Shown piece by piece: positions 27,201 through 28,835 of a DNA stretch of 28,835 bases. The translations under genes were made by a program, and so were the position numbers. The stretch's first letter is position 1; each line of letters begins with the position of its first letter. The notes below the pieces were generated by a model. The model saw only the letters and a list, made by a program, of their open reading frames with translations, did no database searches and was not told where the DNA came from. Source of the DNA: a virus (Duplodnaviria; Caudoviricetes); the IMG/VR virus record IMGVR_UViG_3300017913_000891, positions 1 to 28,835 of that record. One strand, written 5' to 3'.

Positions 27201-27572
27201 GGTCTACAAAACCAGAGAGAGATGTTTAACGCACAGAACTATCTTGTAGTTGCACAGGCGAATGCTCAGTGGAGACAAAACCTGGCGACTATCAATACTG
27301 CTGCAGCTAACGAATCTAATATGGACTACGCACAAACAGTGAATGGTCTTACTCTTAAAACATTGGATGAGATTTGGCAGAGAGAACGTGATCTGATGGA
27401 TTATAGCTTCACGTCTAGTGAGAATGCTGCTGATCGTGCTCTGAGTATTCTTCTAGGTGATAAGCAGTTGTCAGCAGTACAGCAGCAACTTGACTCACAG
27501 GAAGACCAGGCGTTAGGTACTCTTCTAACTAAAGTATTCTTCTCCTCTGACTTTAAGTCTATTTTCGACTAA
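24255..27572 (+). CDS. Putative internal virion (ejection) protein, 1105 aa, with Gln/Asn/Ala-rich helical C-terminal half
   Basis: Follows the tail genes. Long NAQ/QFNA-rich helical repeats and 'RGLGASSMAGQA' are typical of podovirus ejection proteins. No Cys. Confidence 0.65.
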   Translation: MSSVDKNNVKSDNYVNEGGFETRATNINDLTQADIDFVNSVDTHDFLDDGSLVYVDKQGDTQLAYGNNELNVDTSQFNQADVAALADLVFLSQNTGVNSTDMNAAIDKLGITGENAHEVGQKRNALLEAFGYTPGNNNQFYGNNTATDVGAQILYDRHQNQPTDQDLIDAGIDPNVVTVTNNHTANSIYLAEKLAEQGIGTNNTAARITTSNRTDLQRQHKELEDILREQSSPDSYWNSRVEAAGSYDAAELNILEWDLIKKLKEKKPVDTSSAGKTGTAYIGGYGGASPGQMTGGDTGGYGGPQFVSRPNIGAVTPVYGEGVTGLTEVDIPTYEEGIRLQQERFQERAQDQQNLYKPQTLVEQQAAGTAPAFENVMYRNRFGMTMYVQHINGVPSQPIPPGYYRVQGFGTEAQTQGGSTAAAAQGQNQGGVIQGFNPGGTVNPALNYQPGGTVVQAADGTYKIKYPDGTYSQAYDTAMNAKAANDAGLSGLGLPSYSDYLQQQGIDMNLPGYDATAYQDAYQSYITDPTTLQNIQDQQAAADATSQSPETGSINAELPAGQMDVSAEGLAQAQRDLVAQSTVAPGGAVAASPVSYIDPNVYGSVIESTAGQALAAAPMVQSDEVAQIGSVTTADTPQKIGAGQVTANQAYSDVQQATEGMTPAQLAQKEGFTAAQQQGTSVSGLTSSAGESVDVTGAPTRTQQTGEMVTGTGVDQARVGEAFGTGEVQAASVQGELANLMSQFEGGETPAWAAGSMRAASQMLAARGLGASSMAGQAVIQAAMEAALPIAQIDASNKQQVALFKAEQRAKFLQMDFDQAFQAKVMNAAKVSEIANMNFTADQQIALENSKAANTMELQNLSNEQALIMAEAAALSQMDTQNLNNRQQAAVQNAQNFLQIDMANLNNAQQTAMFKQQSLINSILSDQAAANAAQQFNATSENQTNQFFANLAASVNQFNAAQMNAMKQFNADEVNALLEFNAGLQNQREMFNAQNYLVVAQANAQWRQNLATINTAAANESNMDYAQTVNGLTLKTLDEIWQRERDLMDYSFTSSENAADRALSILLGDKQLSAVQQQLDSQEDQALGTLLTKVFFSSDFKSIFD

Positions 27573-27583
27573 GGAAATAAATA

Positions 27584-28438
27584 ATGTATAATTTAAATCA
27601 GCCAGTACAGAGTGAACCTAAAGCCTCTGAAAGAATAGCAAGTAAAAGAAGTAAACATGCTGTAGGTTCTGGTAAGCAACAAGCTAAGAGAGCCTTAGGT
27701 CAGATTGATACAGACCTTATCCCAGGGATGAAGCAACCTGAGGTAAGTGGTGGTGAGGCTGTAGGTTCTTACAGAACTGCCATGAATGAGTACAGAGCTA
27801 CAATGTCAGACGCAGTTTCTAAATCTAAGAAATCTGGAGATGATTACTCTGACTTGGAAGACAACTATGGAGAGGATGCTATAGCATCTAGACCCCCTGA
27901 GTATACCCCACAACCAAGACTTCGTGGTGACAGTGGTAAGATTAGTTATGATGACAGTGCAAAAAAACTTCAGCGTGAATCTGGTGATGAAGACTTCATA
28001 GGATCTGTGGAACGTCTAGCTGAAAAGTATAATATTACAACAAGAGAAGTTTATGAAATTATTGATGGTGAGTCTAACTGGACTCCTGATTCTGTTAACT
28101 CTCTAGGATATAAAACTCTATTCCAGTTTGGCAAAGATGCTATCACAGATATAAACAAGTTTACTGATGCGAATGTAGACTATAAGACAATAGAGAAACT
28201 ATCACCTTCTGAACAAGTAGAACTCTACGATAAACATCTTGAAAGATGGGGCTACGATGGTAGTGTTCCACTAGCTGTAATGCAAGCTGCTCCTGCTAAA
28301 GCTAAAAACTTAAAGGGTAAGCCAGACAGTACAGTTGTTTATTCAAAGAACTCTAAAGAGTGGAAAGCAAACCCTGGATGGAGATCAAAGAATGATGGCC
28401 CAATTACACTTGGTAGTCTCAAAGGATATTATGGGTAG
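27584..28438 (+). CDS. Putative ejection protein with C-terminal lytic transglycosylase (SLT/lysozyme-like) domain
   Basis: 'AEKYNI..VYEIIDGESNWTPDSVNSLGYKTLFQF' resembles SLT motifs I-II (catalytic Glu in 'ES', then GLxQ-like 'TLFQF'). Confidence 0.65.
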   Translation: MYNLNQPVQSEPKASERIASKRSKHAVGSGKQQAKRALGQIDTDLIPGMKQPEVSGGEAVGSYRTAMNEYRATMSDAVSKSKKSGDDYSDLEDNYGEDAIASRPPEYTPQPRLRGDSGKISYDDSAKKLQRESGDEDFIGSVERLAEKYNITTREVYEIIDGESNWTPDSVNSLGYKTLFQFGKDAITDINKFTDANVDYKTIEKLSPSEQVELYDKHLERWGYDGSVPLAVMQAAPAKAKNLKGKPDSTVVYSKNSKEWKANPGWRSKNDGPITLGSLKGYYG

Positions 28439-28444
28439 GTAAAA

Positions 28445-28835
28445 ATGTTAGCACCACAAAAACAAACAATGAATGCACAGGCTGCTAAAGTATTTAAGCA
28501 ACCAGTTAAGTGTGACACAAGGCCAAAGCCTAAAGCTAAACCCCAGTTAAAGAAACCTGCAGGTAGGCCAAGCCCTAAGCTATTCAGTGCTCCTATCCCT
28601 GGTCAGTCCCTTACTGCTGAACCTAAGAGTAGACCATACGAAAGACCACCAGAGATCACTGATCCAGAGGACGCACTACGCCTACACCTTACACGTCTTA
28701 ACAATGTAGAAAGACTAGACACAGCTATGATGTTGTTAGATAAAGGTGTAGATGTTCGTAGTCTTACTGAGGGTATTCTACGTAGTGCAGTAGCTGAAGG
28801 TATCCACAGCATTGACGTAAGTCTAATCATTGCTC
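28445..28835 (+). CDS. Putative internal virion protein, 3'-truncated (missed by the ORF track)
   Basis: ATG at 28445 after a GGTAGGT SD-like sequence. The frame is open to the window end: MLAPQKQTMNAQ...FSAPIPGQSLTAEPKSRPYERPPEITDPEDAL...GIHSIDVSLIIA. Confidence 0.8.
   Translation, partial: MLAPQKQTMNAQAAKVFKQPVKCDTRPKPKAKPQLKKPAGRPSPKLFSAPIPGQSLTAEPKSRPYERPPEITDPEDALRLHLTRLNNVERLDTAMMLLDKGVDVRSLTEGILRSAVAEGIHSIDVSLIIA

Noticed and set aside
20-28830. Many short (60-115 aa) ORFs nested in or antisense to the long genes, including 28603-28830 (-)
   Set aside because: All overlap well-supported genes and show no recognisable motifs. The last one is antisense to the truncated + strand gene starting at 28445.

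Overview
The window is the virion morphogenesis module of a lytic, T7/P22-style podovirus. Its gene order and capsid N-terminus resemble marine Roseobacter-infecting Cobavirus/Zobellviridae-like phages; this assignment is from recall, not a search. Gene order: terminase large subunit (5'-truncated), portal, small ORF, 1002-aa putative internal protein, scaffold, major capsid, putative decoration protein, head-tail adaptor, tail nozzle, tail fibre with an S74 chaperone domain, and finally ejection-type proteins. Between the tail fibre and the ejection genes sits a ~9.3-kb cassette (14914-24243). It encodes a 71-aa adaptor-like protein, a 1156-aa protein that is ~11-12% Cys, a GT9 heptosyltransferase-like enzyme, a NodU/CmcH carbamoyltransferase, and an almost complete ADP-heptose pathway (GmhB, HldC, HldA, HldD, with a cupin where GmhA is missing). 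Among structural proteins, only the two tail-fibre-type proteins are Cys-loaded (about 35 and 134 Cys by hand count, versus 0-2 in the others). The GT9 enzyme has Arg where WaaC has its catalytic Asp13. Best hypothesis (inference): a phage-encoded system that coats its tail fibres with Cys-linked (S-) heptose, possibly carbamoylated. Other signals are a four-times repeated RNA internal-loop motif (YUAC/CC) upstream of scaffold and capsid, apparent absence of SCGS tetramers, an inverted gmhB with back-to-back ribosome-binding sites, and recurring xNxGG motifs in internal proteins.
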